A DNA stretch of 64,000 bases from positions 58,010,946-58,074,945 of the forward strand of contig NC_092646.1 in assembly GCF_039555335.1 (NCBI RefSeq), given 5' to 3'. A program made the translations under genes and the position numbers. The notes under the pieces were generated by a model that was given only the letters and a program-made list of their open reading frames with translations, did no database searches and was not told the origin of the DNA. This document shows positions 37,478-50,261 of the stretch, piece by piece (positions within the stretch are counted from its first letter, which is position 1; the number at the start of each line of letters is the position of its first letter). The stretch is from Amphiura filiformis (lineage: Eukaryota).

Positions 37478-40400
37478 ACACCAAGTTTTCTTATGGCCAG
37501 TTAGTGAGTGGCCTATAGCAGAGTTACTACAGAGCTACTCCAAGCTGGAGTAGCTCTGCAGTATCTTCAGAACCACTGCATAGCTATTCCACTATAGAGT
37601 ACCGAAGTGATGACGTCACAAGAAACTTTTTTTGCATTTCAGCGTTTTGAATACCATGTATCAGTGGAGCATGATGAAAAATATCCACAGTCCAAATTTG
37701 GTGGGAATCGGATCATGAGGGCCCGAGATATGGTCGCATGAATACCTAATTAGTGTAAATTGGCCTGGTTCCAAACAGTTATGAGACCAGGCCAATTTAG
37801 AGGGCGCAACACTAAATCACTCCGCATTTTATGTAACAACAAAATTCGGCTAATATAGTCCATAGTGAATATGAGATTGCAGCGACCATATCTACCGACA
37901 TGTTCACTTTAAATCACTCAATATCGGCTCATATGAATTCGACAAGTGTCTTTAATGATAACATGCAGATAAAAACTGAACAATTGATCTCAAAAGCAAT
38001 TCTCTGTGGCGGATTAAGAGAAAACCCGATTTTGAAATGTGAGTGGTGAGTTTAGCATATTTTTAGCTCTTTTTTTTTGCACCGAAAATTAAGAAAAAAG
38101 TCAATGGTCATCGATATATGCCGACAAAAGTTTTGGAATCTAGAGAAACAGAGCTTTAATTTGATACCAAATTTATTTTGCCAAGTATTGCAGGGACGCC
38201 AGAAATGGCGCTTGAAGTAGGCGAAATCACACGTTATCCTATGGGACGCTGAATTAGTGCTGCTCCCCCTTGTAACGGCCGTCATTATGAACGCGTTCCT
38301 TTTACATTCTTGGCAAGCAAAATAAGAGACGCGCTTCACAAAATGTGTTCTATTTCCATCATGATGATAAACAAGTATTACAAAAAGTCATCCTCATGAA
38401 AAATTATTGGAAAAAACACTTTATTGGCCGAGTAGGCGCCTTCAAAGTCAAGAAATGCATCCAAAAATCCTCAAAAAGGTTCATAAATGGATTTTAAGGT
38501 TAATAGACATTATTAATCTGCATGAAGCCGTTTTGCTGAATATTCAGTAGGCCTACTCAAAAAGATCGCAATTGTTACTACTGGAAGGGGGGTATTTATA
38601 CTTGAGACTCAGTAATAAATGATTTCCAAAAAAAATGGCAACACTGATAATCTAGAAAAGAAATTAATCTTGGTTCAAAGACGTGCTCAAATTGTCGTCT
38701 GTCACTAATTTTGTGAGTTTTGTATAAACTTTCGCATATTGGAGGAAAAGTCGAAATATTCGATTTTCGGCATTTCGGCACTGATCTTTAAAACATCATT
38801 TCTCTTGAACGGAATGTCATGAGAGCCATGAAATCTTCGGTGTTGAGCTTCAAATTTTCTCTAGTTTACTTAATGAGTAATAAATGTGGATTTTGAAAAC
38901 TTTTAACACCTTATAAGAGGCGCAACACTAAATCACTCCGCATTTTATGTAACAACGAAATTCGCTAATATAGTCCATAGTGAATATGAGATTGCAGCGA
39001 CCATATCTACCGACATGTTCACTTTAAATCACTCAATATCGGCTCATATGAATTCGACAAGTGTCTTTAATGATAACATGCAGATAAAAACTGAACAATT
39101 GATCTCAAAAGCAATTCTCTGTGGCGGATTAAGAGAAAACCCGATTTTGAAATGTGAGTGGTGAGTTTAGCATATTTTTAGCTCTTTTTTTTTGCACCGC
39201 AAATTAGCGAAAAAAGTCAATGGTCATCGATATATGCCGACAAAAGTTTTGGAATCTAGAGAAACAGAGCTTTAATTTGATACCAAATTTATTTTGCCAA
39301 GTATTGCAGGGACGCCAGAAATGGCGCTTGAAGTAGGCGAAATCACACGTTATCCTATGGGGCGCTGAATTAGTGCTGCGCCCCTTGTAACGGCCGTCAT
39401 TATGAACGCGTTCCTTTTACATTCTTCGCAAGCAAAATAAGAGACGCGCTTCACAAAATGTGTTCTATTTCCATCATGATGATAAACAAATATTACAAAA
39501 AGTCATCCTCATGAAAAATTATTGGAAAAAACACTTTATTGGCCGAGTAGGCGCCTTCAAAGTCAAGAAATGCGCCCAAAATCCTCAAAAGGTTCATAAA
39601 TGGATTTTAAGGTTAATAGACATTGTTAATCTGCATGAAGCCGTTTTGCTGAATATTCGGTAGGCCTACGCAAAAAGTCCGTAATTGTTACTACTGGAAG
39701 GGGGGCGTATTTATACTTGAGACTCAGTAATAAATGATTTCCAAAAAAATGGCAACACTGATAATCTAGAAAAGAAATTAATCTTGGTTCAAAGGCGTTG
39801 CTCAAATTGTCGTCTGTCACTAATTTTGTGAGTTTTGTATAAACTTTGATATTGGAGGAAAAGTCGAAATAGTCGATTTTCGGCATTTCGGCACTGATCT
39901 TTAAAACATCATTTCTCTTGAACGGAATGTCGCAGAGACATGAAATCTTCGGTGTTGAGCTTCAAATTTTCTCTAGTTTACTTAATGAGTAATAAATGTG
40001 GATTTTGAAAACTTTTAACACCTTATAAGAGGGCGCAACACTAAATCACTCCGCATTTTATGTAACAACGAAATTGCTAATATAGTCCATAGTGAATATG
40101 AGATTGCAGCGACCATATCTACCGACATGTTCACTTTAAATCACTCAATATCGGCTCATATGAATTCGACAAGTGTCTTTAATGATAACATGCAGATAAA
40201 AACTGAACAATTGATCTCAAAAGCAATTCTCTGTGGCGGATTAAGAGAAAACCCGATTTTGAAATGTGAGTGGTGAGTTTAGTATATTTTTAGCTCTTTT
40301 TTTTTTTGCACCGCAAATTAGCGAAAAAAAGTCAATGGTCATCGATATATGCCGACAAAAGTTTTGGAATCTAGAGAAACAGAGCTTTAATTTGATACCA

Positions 40401-41866
40401 AATTTATTTTGCCAAGTATTGCGGGGACGCCAGAAATGGCGCTTGAAGTAGGCCGAAATCACACGTTATCCTATAGGGCGCTGAATTAGTGCTGCGCCCC
40501 CTTGTAACGGCCGTCATTATGAACGCGTTCCTTTTACATTCTTCGCGCAAAATAAGAGACGCGCGCTTCACAAAATGTGTTCTATTTCCATCATGATGAT
40601 AAACAAATATTACAAAAAGTCATCCTCATGAAAAATTATTGGAAAAAACACTTTATTGGCCGAGTAGGCGCCTTCAAAGTCAAGAAATGCGTCCAAAAAT
40701 CCTCAAAAAGGTTCATAAATGGATTTTAAGGTTAATAGACATTATTAATCTGCATGAAGCCGTTTTGCTGAATATTCAGTAGGCCTACTCAAAATATCGC
40801 AATTGTTACTACTGGAACGGGGGGGTGGGGTTATTTATACTTGAGACTCAGTAATAAATGATTTCCAAAAAAAATGGCAACACTGATAATCTAGAAAAGA
40901 AATTAATCTTGGTTCAAAGCGTGCTCAAATTGTCGTCTGTCACTAATTTTGTGAGTTTTGTATAAGCTTTCGCATATTGGAGGAAAAGTCGACATATTCG
41001 ATTTTCGGCATTTCGGCACTGATCTTTAAAACATCATTTCTCTTGAACGGAATGTCGCAGAGCCATGAAATCTTCGGTGTTGAGCTTCAAATTTTCTCTA
41101 GTTTACTTAATGAGTAATAAATGTGGATTTTGAAAACTTTTAACACCTTATAAGAGGGCGCAACACTAAATCACTCCGCATTTTATGTAACAACGAAATT
41201 CGGCTAATATAGTCCATAGTGAATATGAGATTGCAGCGACCATATCTACCGACATGTTCACTTTAAATCACTCAATATCGGCTCATATGAATTGACAAGT
41301 GTCTTTAATGATAACATGCAGATAAAAACTGAACAATTGATCTCAAAAGCAATTCTCTGTGGCGGATTAAGAGAAAACCCGATTTTGAAATGTGAGTGGT
41401 GAGTTTAGCATATTTTTAGCTCTTTTTTTTTTCCTCAAATTAGCGAAAAAAAGTCAATGGTCATCGATATATGCCGACAAAAGTTTTGGAATCTAGAGAA
41501 ACAGAGCTTTAATTTGATACCAAATTTATTTTGCCAAGTATTGCAGGGACGCCAGAAATGGCGCTTGAAGTAGGCCGAAATCACACGTTATCCTATGGGG
41601 CGCTGAATTAGTGCTGCGCCCCCTTTACACTGATTTCAATGGGGCTAATTAGGTATTCATGCAGCCAGATCTCGGGCCCTCATGATCCGATTCCCACCAA
41701 ATTTGGACTGTGGATGTTTTTCATCCTGTTCTCATGAAAATGCTGAAATGCAAAAAAAAAAATTTTATGACGTCACACTTCGGTACTCTATGCAGTAGCT
41801 CATAGTGGAATAGCTGTAACTCTGCTATGGGCCACCCACTAACTGGCCATAAGAATATAGTTGTGT
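37478..41866. mobile_element. Large element with about 330-bp terminal inverted repeats enclosing 3.4 copies of a 1.1-kb tandem repeat
   Basis: 37478-37800 is the reverse complement of 41620-41866 (ggccagttagtgagtggcc...gtaactctgctatgg). Internal units start at about 37800, 38920, 40022 and 41155. Confidence 0.75.
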
Positions 41867-41899
41867 ATTACAAGAACTGGTGCCACCATCGGCATATTG

Positions 41900-42300
41900 T
41901 GATAAAAATTTTGTTTGCAAATACAACCAATAATGTGATTGCAACATACAGCTTTAAAATAGGATATATTCCTCCCAGCAGAGGTCAGGCTCATGGTAGA
42001 CAATTAAGAAACAATGCCAATCTCTCCCAACTCCGTGCCTGTACTGACAGGTTTGCTAGGAGTCCAGTTCCTTACTTTGTTAGGCTGCTAAACAGCAACC
42101 CATCCTAATCATGGTTCATCCCTTGCATTGCTTTGCTGTGGATCCTGTTTCTCTTTGGCTGCCATGAGTTCTGACCTCATTTGTTGTTTATATTTATTTA
42201 TTATGTTGTTATATATATATTGCTTTTCTCATTGTTGTTTTTTGCTTATACTTTGTGTACAATAATGTAATTCGGCCTCCGGGCCGCGATTTTGTGCCAA
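41900..42300 (+). mobile_element. LINE 3' fragment
   Basis: The ORF ends ...RACTDRFARSPVPYFVRLLNSNPS, the same family tail motif as the fragment at 10.4 kb. An AT-rich tail follows. Confidence 0.45.
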
Positions 42301-42399
42301 TAAAATCATATCAAAATCATATCATATCATATATTCACAAGTTTTGTAGCTCAAATGTCAAAATGTCCAAAATTAGACTTAATTGGAACAGATCACAAT

Positions 42400-42705
42400 A
42401 AATGTAACCTGCTACCACGAAATGAGCATAAAGTCGCAAGTTGCTATTTTCAAGACATCCTGGCTACGTATACTGCGTTGATATTCTTTGTTTCACACAC
42501 ACCTGTTCAAGCCAATAGCATGTCTGTATGTCATTGGTGAATGGAGGCACATGGGGCCATTCACAAAGGACATACTACTGGCTTGTACAGGTGCGTGGCA
42601 AATTAAGAACATCAACTCAGCAGCCAGGATGTCTCAAAACTAGCATCTTGCAACTTTACACTCATTCTGTGGTAGCAGGTCACATATTTGATTCCATACC
42701 TTGTC
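42400..42705. mobile_element. Small TIR element (family C; TIR CAAATATGTGACCTGCTACCAC) beginning exactly at the donor of the exon at 42700
   Basis: The inverted arms lie at 42408-42480 and 42625-42700. A partial paralogue lies at 20090-20292. Confidence 0.5.
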
Positions 42706-42882
42706 TCTCGTTTCCACGGCAACAAAACTAGTGAATTGTGTCACAATTGAGTACTCTTTACTCAACTCGATTATGTAGTTTTTCTGCTCCGTTTTCTTCA
42801 CTTCATGTTCTGTTCGGTTGACATCAAGCGTTCCATCCTCCCAGTCTCTTATGATGGCACGTGCTGTCAGCTGATGCAGCAT
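42700..42882 (-). CDS. VWA5A/ITIH-like C-terminal exon (MLHQLTARAIIRDWEDGTLDVNRTEHEVKKTEQKNYIIELSKEYSIVTQFTSFVAVETRDK)
   Basis: The LSKEYSIVTQFTSFVAVE motif is typical of the VWA5A/ITIH C-terminal region. The acceptor is ttgtag| and the donor AAG|gtatgg. The exon is 183 bp, phase 0. Confidence 0.55.
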
Positions 42883-43427
42883 CTACAATGGGTCAAAGGT
42901 CATATTCAAGTATGTTCACTGTCTACTAAACCAACCAAAATTTTCATCCAATGGAATACAAATTAGGGTACAATATTGGCTCAGACTGTCAACAAAAAAT
43001 ATGGATATTGGTCCCAGATAGGTCGACCGAAGATATGAGACAATTTTGTTTGTATTTTATGCAATATAATCACATTTTTATTTCCACAAGTTTAGCTTTC
43101 TTACAGGTTCTTGAGCTGAGACAAATAATGTATCAAATAATGTAAAAAAAAAGTTATGGAAATTTTTTCATTATGAAAAAATCATACATATGAGTCGGAA
43201 ATAACACCTTATATCAAACCTTAAGATCTCCTTTATAGAAACCATAACATTCCTCTTCAACTTTATTTGTCTCAATATTTAAGTGCAAGCTATTAATATC
43301 TTAAATATATAACTAACACCTTGCCCATCAGAAAAAAATCTTTAGTTTTGGGACCAATGTACAAATTCTGTATCAAAATGTAAACTAAATATGTTCCGCT
43401 AATATAGCTAGTTGACCTTTGACCTAC

Positions 43428-43508
43428 CTTGCCTTCAGTGATACTGAGGTCATGAGTAGATACCATAGTTGAGACTTCCTTCCCAGCAATCATTGCTTTC
43501 AGTGTTGC
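43428..43508 (-). CDS. Probable C-terminal exon of a VWA5A-like gene (ATLKAMIAGKEVSTMVSTHDLSITEGK)
   Basis: The acceptor is ttttacag| and the donor AAG|gtaggt. The exon is 81 bp, phase 0 to 0. Confidence 0.45.
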
Positions 43509-44149
43509 CTGTAAAATGTCAACAATTACAGTTATAATAATTACCGGTACGATTACACTCTGAATTTCAAGTACAGGACGTTTTTTGTTTGAAGTGGCTT
43601 GACCAGATTGACATCCCTCATCCCCCACCACTTTAACCCCTTCAAAATATAGATTTAAGGTCATATTGTTCTCATAACCCCAGTGAAATTCCAGGCCTGG
43701 AATATGTTTTCGTACAGGTGGTATGAAAAATAACATGGTAAAGCATTTTCCACCCTGATGTGGCAGTGATGTCAGTGCGCATTTCATTGGGCTCAGCTAC
43801 AAATCACGTACACATGCACACACTTAAAGATGCCGCATAGATGCGTGCACAAAACAGCTGCCTAAACGCTTTGCATCACTGCTACATCAGGGTGGAAAAT
43901 GCATTAACTAGGCGATTACATTAACACCTGAAGTTGTGTACTTTTGCTATGGGCCATTACAGTTTGTCCACTCTGAAATACAAAGTGACAACGCGCGCGT
44001 AAACAGTGCGTAGTGCTGCATCTCTGCTGCAGGTATGCGTGCCTTCCTTCAAAGTCGGCACAATGTGTGCGTCCGCGTCGATACTTTGTACTTCAGACTA
44101 GACAGACTGTAGGGTACACAAGTTTGCTTCTATAATCCAAATTGCTTGA

Positions 44150-46621
44150 GCAATTTAACTCCAAACTCAGAATAAGAATATTTGGGTGATTTGGCCTCAA
44201 TGTGAGGTAGAATACACAATGTGTTACACTTGGACCACAATCTGGTCATGCACCTTTAACTCCAAACTCAGAATACGAATGTTTGGGTGATTGGCCTCAA
44301 TGTGAGGTAGAATACACAATGTGTTACACTTGGACCACAATCTGGTCATGCACCTTTAACTCCAAACTCAGAATACGAATGTTTGGGTGATTGGCCTCAA
44401 TGTGAGGTAGAATACACAATGTGTTACACTTGGATCACAATCTGGTCATGCACCTTTAAGGGTGATTGGCCTCAATGTGAGGTAGAATACACAATGTGTT
44501 ACACTTGGACCACAATCTGGTCATGCACCTTTAACTCCAAACTCAGAATAAGAATGTTTGGGTGATTGGCCTCAATGTGAGGTAGAATACACAATGTGTT
44601 ACACTTGGATCACAATCTGGTCATGCACCTTTAAGGGTGATTGGCCTCAATGTGAGGTAGAATACACAATGTGTTACACTTGGACCACAATCTGGTCATG
44701 CACCTTTAACTCCAAATTCAGAATAAGAATATTTGGGTGATTGGCCTCAATGTGAGGTAGAATACACAATGTGTTACACTTGGACCACAATCTGGTCATG
44801 CACCTTTAACTCCAAACTCAGAATATGAATGTTTGGGTGATTGGCCTCAATGTGAGGTAGAATACACAATGTGTTACACTTGGACCACAATCTGGTCATG
44901 CACCTTTAACTCCAAACTCAGAATAAGAATGTTTGGGTGATTGGCCTCAATATGAGGTTGAATACACAATGTGTTACACTTGGACCACAATCTGGTCATG
45001 CACCTTTAACTCCAAACTCAGAATAAGAATGTTTGGGTGATTGGCCTCAATGTGAGGTAGAATACACAATGTGTTACACTTGGACCACAATCTGGTCATG
45101 CACCTTTAACTCCAAACTCAGAATAAGAATGTTTGGGTGATTGGCCTCTCTGTGAGGTAGAATACACAATGTGTTAACAACACTTGGACCACAATCTGGT
45201 CATGCACCTTTAACTCCAAACTCAGAATATGAATGTTTGGGTGATTGGCCTCAATGTGAGGTAGAATACACAATGTGTTACACTTGGACCACAATCTGGT
45301 CATGCACCTTTAACTCCAAACTCAGAATAAGAATGTTTGGGTGATTGGCCTCAATGTGAGGTAGAATACACAATGTGTTACACTTGGATCACAATCTGGT
45401 CATGCACCTTTAAGGGTGATTGGCCTCAATGTGAGGTAGAATACACAATGTGTTACACTTGGACCACAATCTGGTCATGCACCTTTAACTCCAAACTCAG
45501 AATAAGAATGTTTGGGTGATTGGCCTCAATGTGAGGTAGAATACACAATGTGTAACACTTGGATCACAATCTGGTCATGCACCTTTAAGGGTGATTGGCC
45601 TCAATGTGAGGTAGAATACACAATGTGTTACACTTGGACCACAATCTGGTCATGCACCTTTAACTCCAAACTCAGAATAAGAATGTTTGGGTGATTGGCC
45701 TCAATGTGAGGTAGAATACACAATGTGTTACACTTGGATCACAATCTGGTCATGCACCTTTAAGGGTGATTGGCCTCAATGTGAGGTAGAATACACAATG
45801 TGTTACACTTGGACCACAATCTGGTCATGCACCTTTAACTCCAAACTCAGAATATGAATGTTTGGGTGATTGGCCTCAATGTGAGGTAGAATACACAATG
45901 TGTTACACTTGGACCACAATCTGGTCATGCACCTTTAACTCCAAACTCAGAATATGAATGTTTGGGTGATTGGCCTCAATGTGAGGTAGAATACACAATG
46001 TGTTACACTTGGACCACAATCTGGTCATGCACCTTTAACTCCAAACTCAGAATACGAATGTTTGGGTGATTGGCCTCAATGTGAGGTAGAATACACAATG
46101 TGTTACACTTGGATCACAATCTGGTCATGCACCTTTAAGGGTGATTGGCCTCAATGTGAGGTAGAATACACAATGTGTTACACTTGGACCACAATCTGGT
46201 CATGCACCTTTAACTCCAAACTCAGAATAAGAATGTTTGGGTGATTGGCCTCAATGTGAGGTAGAATACACAATGTGTTACACTTGGACCACAATCTGGT
46301 CATGCACCTTTAACTCCAAACTCAGAATAAGAATGTTTGGGTGATTGGCCTCAATGTGAGGTAGAATACACAATGTGTTACACTTGGATCACAATCTGGT
46401 CATGCACCTTTAAGGGTGATTGGCCTCAATGTGAGGTAGAATACACAATGTGTTACACTTGGACCACAATCTGGTCATGCACCTTTAACTCCAAACTCAG
46501 AATAAGAATGTTTGGGTGATTGGCCTCAATGTGAGGTAGAATACACAATGTGTTACACTTGGATCACAATCTGGTCATGCACCTTTAAGGGTGATTGGCC
46601 TCAATGTGAGGTAGAATACAC
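44150..46621. repeat. Satellite A, block 1: about 28 copies of alternating 100-bp and 75-bp units
   Basis: The unit is gggtgattggcctcaatgtgaggtagaatacacaatgtgttacacttggaccacaatctggtcatgcaccttta[actccaaactcagaataagaatgttt]. Confidence 0.9.
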
Positions 46622-48423
46622 AGCGGTTTTCCACTTTTTAAGCCCAGTACTGGGCCAGTGTTGGGCAAGATCTAGCGGCACGGATTGAGCTATAAAAATG
46701 CCCCAATACTAGGCGGCAAAAGTGACACTTTTATTGGGCCAATTCTAGCGTACTCGCAATTGCCCAGTTCAAGCCACAAGTACTGGCCCAGTTCTAGTAG
46801 TACTACGGGCTGTCCCTAAAGTTGCCTGAAATTAAAATTATTTTCATGGGACGCCGTGTTTGGTTATCATGTTTATTGTATTTATTCTCGGAACCAGTAC
46901 TATTTACCCAAAAAGCTAACATTTAGCAGTATGAATAAGCAGTATTATAGACGTGTGAATTGGTTTGTGAGTTTGGCACAGCTTTAACTACTGAGTGAAG
47001 TTCAACACCGTGGTGTTTTATGTAACGGTAAGTAAATCATGACATTTTTTAATGAGTATGATACATGGATAAGCCGCAGTATGCATGTCATTGTATGCAT
47101 GTATCAATACTATCATTGTATCAATGTATGCATGGTATGCATAGTCACTGTAGTAGACTTGTAGTATAGCATGGCTAAGCCTAGAGCTTTTTGATTGTTT
47201 TATTTTTGTTTCAATTTCTCTAACCAGTTGTGTATGGCACCGTATAAATATCGTCATGATCATTAAGCTTAATCATTGTCAGGTAGGCCTAAAGTATTAT
47301 TCAGATTTCCTTTTACAAATTAAGCGTACTGCTAGCTGTCCAGCGCATCTTATTTTGCACATGGTCCAATGCACACGCTTGACGTCGCGCACGTATATGC
47401 GATGGTTAATTTGTAAAAGGAAATCTGAATATTACTTTAGTGTTCATACATACGTGTTATATTGGTCGATAGGCGGGCATAAACAACATTTATGCCCTGC
47501 TTTCTGGTCGTAAACAAGCCGCGTCAGAACCGATGAACGCCATGAGTAGGATATCTGCAGCGTATGCTTATGAAAGCTATTTACATAAAGCGCGAATGAT
47601 GTCTGCGATGTTCGTGGCGTCCAAACACGGTGGACTGAGCAAGTAAACGTTTTCTTACAATTAGCAATGGAAAAACTTTTAAAAAGGATTAGAAATTGAT
47701 AGTTTTTAGACTAAAATGACGATATTTTTTAGTTGTGGAGGAAAATAACAGCACTCAGAATGTTGTGTATGTATGAACGGGGTTCATTCATATATTTTCA
47801 GGACTAAACGTTGTTTATGCCCTCGGGCATAAACAATTGTTTAGTCATGAAAATATATGAATGAACCCCTAAATCATCAGTGACAGTGGCGTGCCATGCC
47901 CCCCACTTTTGTTGGTCATTCGGGGGAAAATGTTAAAAACGTCAAAATTTGCTGCTAATCAGACTCCATTCGGGGAACTTAACAACCTGCCCACCCCCCC
48001 CCCCCCCCCACCCCACTTTCAATGTGCTGGCCACGCCACTGGTCATCATAGGTAGATGGGAGAAATTTTGTCCCCGGAATTTTGTTTGCACAAACCATGA
48101 CTGGGCCGCTATTTAAAACGCTATACTGGCAAAAAGTGCCAAAGAACTACATGTACGGTAGTGTAGGCCTACCATTCTACTATCTTTCTTCAACTCATTT
48201 GACTCGTAACAATTTGATAGAGAGAGACTGGGGAGTGCGCGCATTTGTGAGCACAGTGCATTTTTTTATGTCGAGCATATCTACATGTAGGCATTAAACC
48301 ATGTTAACAGCTGAAATCTGGGCGATAATGCTGACGAAACTTCGACCAGGCACAATTAGTGACCTGGTGAACGAAGGGGCCGCCGTGGATAGCTGGTCGG
48401 GGATTTTTTGCAGGACAGTCAAG

Positions 48424-48890
48424 TGTAGCCAACAATCAGGCTTATTACCCTGATTGGAACCGACTGTAACATCAAGGTCTTTTGTCATTGGTCATCTGCC
48501 CTGCCATTACCAGATGAGCCACGGGAAGAGCAGAATTATTTTTTTTTGTCCTGCGAGGAATTGAACCGGGACCTCTTGCACAAAGTGTGCTTTGCGATAT
48601 TATGCGTGACTGACACATGCTTTTATGAATTTATACAAGTGTAAATTGTGACTTGTAGCCAACAATCGGGCTTATTACCCTGATTGGAACCGACTGTAAC
48701 AAGGTCTTTGTCATGGGTCATCTGCCCTGCCATTACCAGATGAGCCACGGAAGAAGCGGAATTAATTTTTTTTGTCCTGCGGGAATTGAACCCGAGACAT
48801 CTTGCACAAAGTGTGCTTTGCGTGACATGCGTGACTGACACATGCTTTTATGAATTTATGCGAGTGTAAATTGGGACTTTTGGGCAACAA
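48424..48890 (-). repeat. Two tandem copies (about 232 bp each) of a tRNA-derived SINE-like unit
   Basis: There is a near-identical duplication. The minus strand shows GGGTTCAATTCC and GGTTCAATTCC T-arm-like boxes. Confidence 0.55.
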
Positions 48891-49755
48891 AAACAATATT
48901 AAATTTCCTAAAATTGTAAAATGTTGCTAATTAAAACAGTGTTTAATTAAATCGAATATGAATGAGAATAAACAATATGATATAAACCCAAGGTAGGGGG
49001 TCACTGTCATCAAAAGCATGGACTCTGATTGGGACTCCCTTTAGTCTATATAAAATTGATGTTTTGGTTCTTGCCCTCTCCCTCCTGGCCTCATCAGTGT
49101 CTGGGGTTTGTCAGATTTTTTTTTCTTTTCTCAAAACATTAATTTTATACGACCTTACAAGCCTTGGGCCATTTGATTCGAGCACTTCAGGCTACAAAAA
49201 GTTGGGGGTCAACAACAATAACTGGGCAAAAAATATTTCCGTCAGTACATTCACAGGTTTGGGGTGCCAATTTGTATCCTTTCCCCTGCGCACCACAAAC
49301 CCGGATTAGCACACAGGCACTTATAAACAATGAGTGAAGCTTATCACAGGTAGGCAGGCTCACATCACACACTATAGGTGGTGCTATTCGTCCATAGGGA
49401 AGTGGAATGTGCCTGTACGGTCCAAAAATGGCTTTACTGTGGGGCTCAATGGAAAAAATCAATATATTTTGACAACCAAAACCTAAATGACTTTGACTTA
49501 CTTTGGTACTGGCATAATACTGGATTCATAACATAGTGCAATATATATGATCCACCAAGTCGACACTCGTTAAAGCGCAAATGCAATTTGTGTGTAAATC
49601 AAGACCAACCAAAACAGCTTTCTTGCAGTAAAGAATAGGAGGTCATCTGGGGTCACATACAGTAGTGTACATTGTACATGTGCCTACTGTCACAATTTCA
49701 CACACAAAACTTTGGGCAATTTGGTGACGCTATTTTTGTCTGTAACTTCAAAACA

Positions 49756-50048
49756 GGGCTGTCAACTCTCACGCATTGGCCGTGAGTCTCACGCATTGGG
49801 TCACTTTCTCATGGTCTCACGCCAAGGTAGTATAATCTCATGCCTGAAAGTAAATCTCACGCAAAAAGCTGAAAATTGAGTAAAATCTCACGCATCGCCA
49901 TGAAAAAATTGTTGTTGCTACCCCCAGCTTTTCACATTTTCGAGCGCCGTGGCTTAGATAATCATGGGTCAAAATGAACATTGAAGTCGGCAAATCCCGG
50001 TACGCCTGTCTCACGCCAAGCAATTCCAAAAAGTTGACAGCCCTGCTT
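49756..50048. mobile_element. Small MITE (TIR CAGGGCTGTCAAC) with six internal tctcacgca motifs
   Basis: cagggctgtcaactct at 49756 pairs with ttgacagccctg at 50037. Confidence 0.6.
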
Positions 50049-50261
50049 CAAAAGTATATGCACTAGAAACATCATTGACCCCTTATTGTTTAGGTAATTT
50101 GATTCTCTTTCAAATGAAAGAACTTTCAGCTAAAAAATATTAAACTTCAAAATTTTATGAACATCCCTATCACAGGCATGAGACTGCACTTTCCTAAAAA
50201 AACTAAAATGCAAGTACCCAAAAGCCATTGCACTATAATCATGTCAAAAAGTAAATTTTAA

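Noticed and set aside
44383-46519. Periodic 60-aa ORFs (MGDWPQCEVEYTMCYTW...) in satellite A; the same ORFs recur at 59598-60055
   Set aside because: Identical ORFs recur once per repeat unit and simply reflect absence of stops in a tandem repeat. There are no splice signals and no flanking unique coding sequence.
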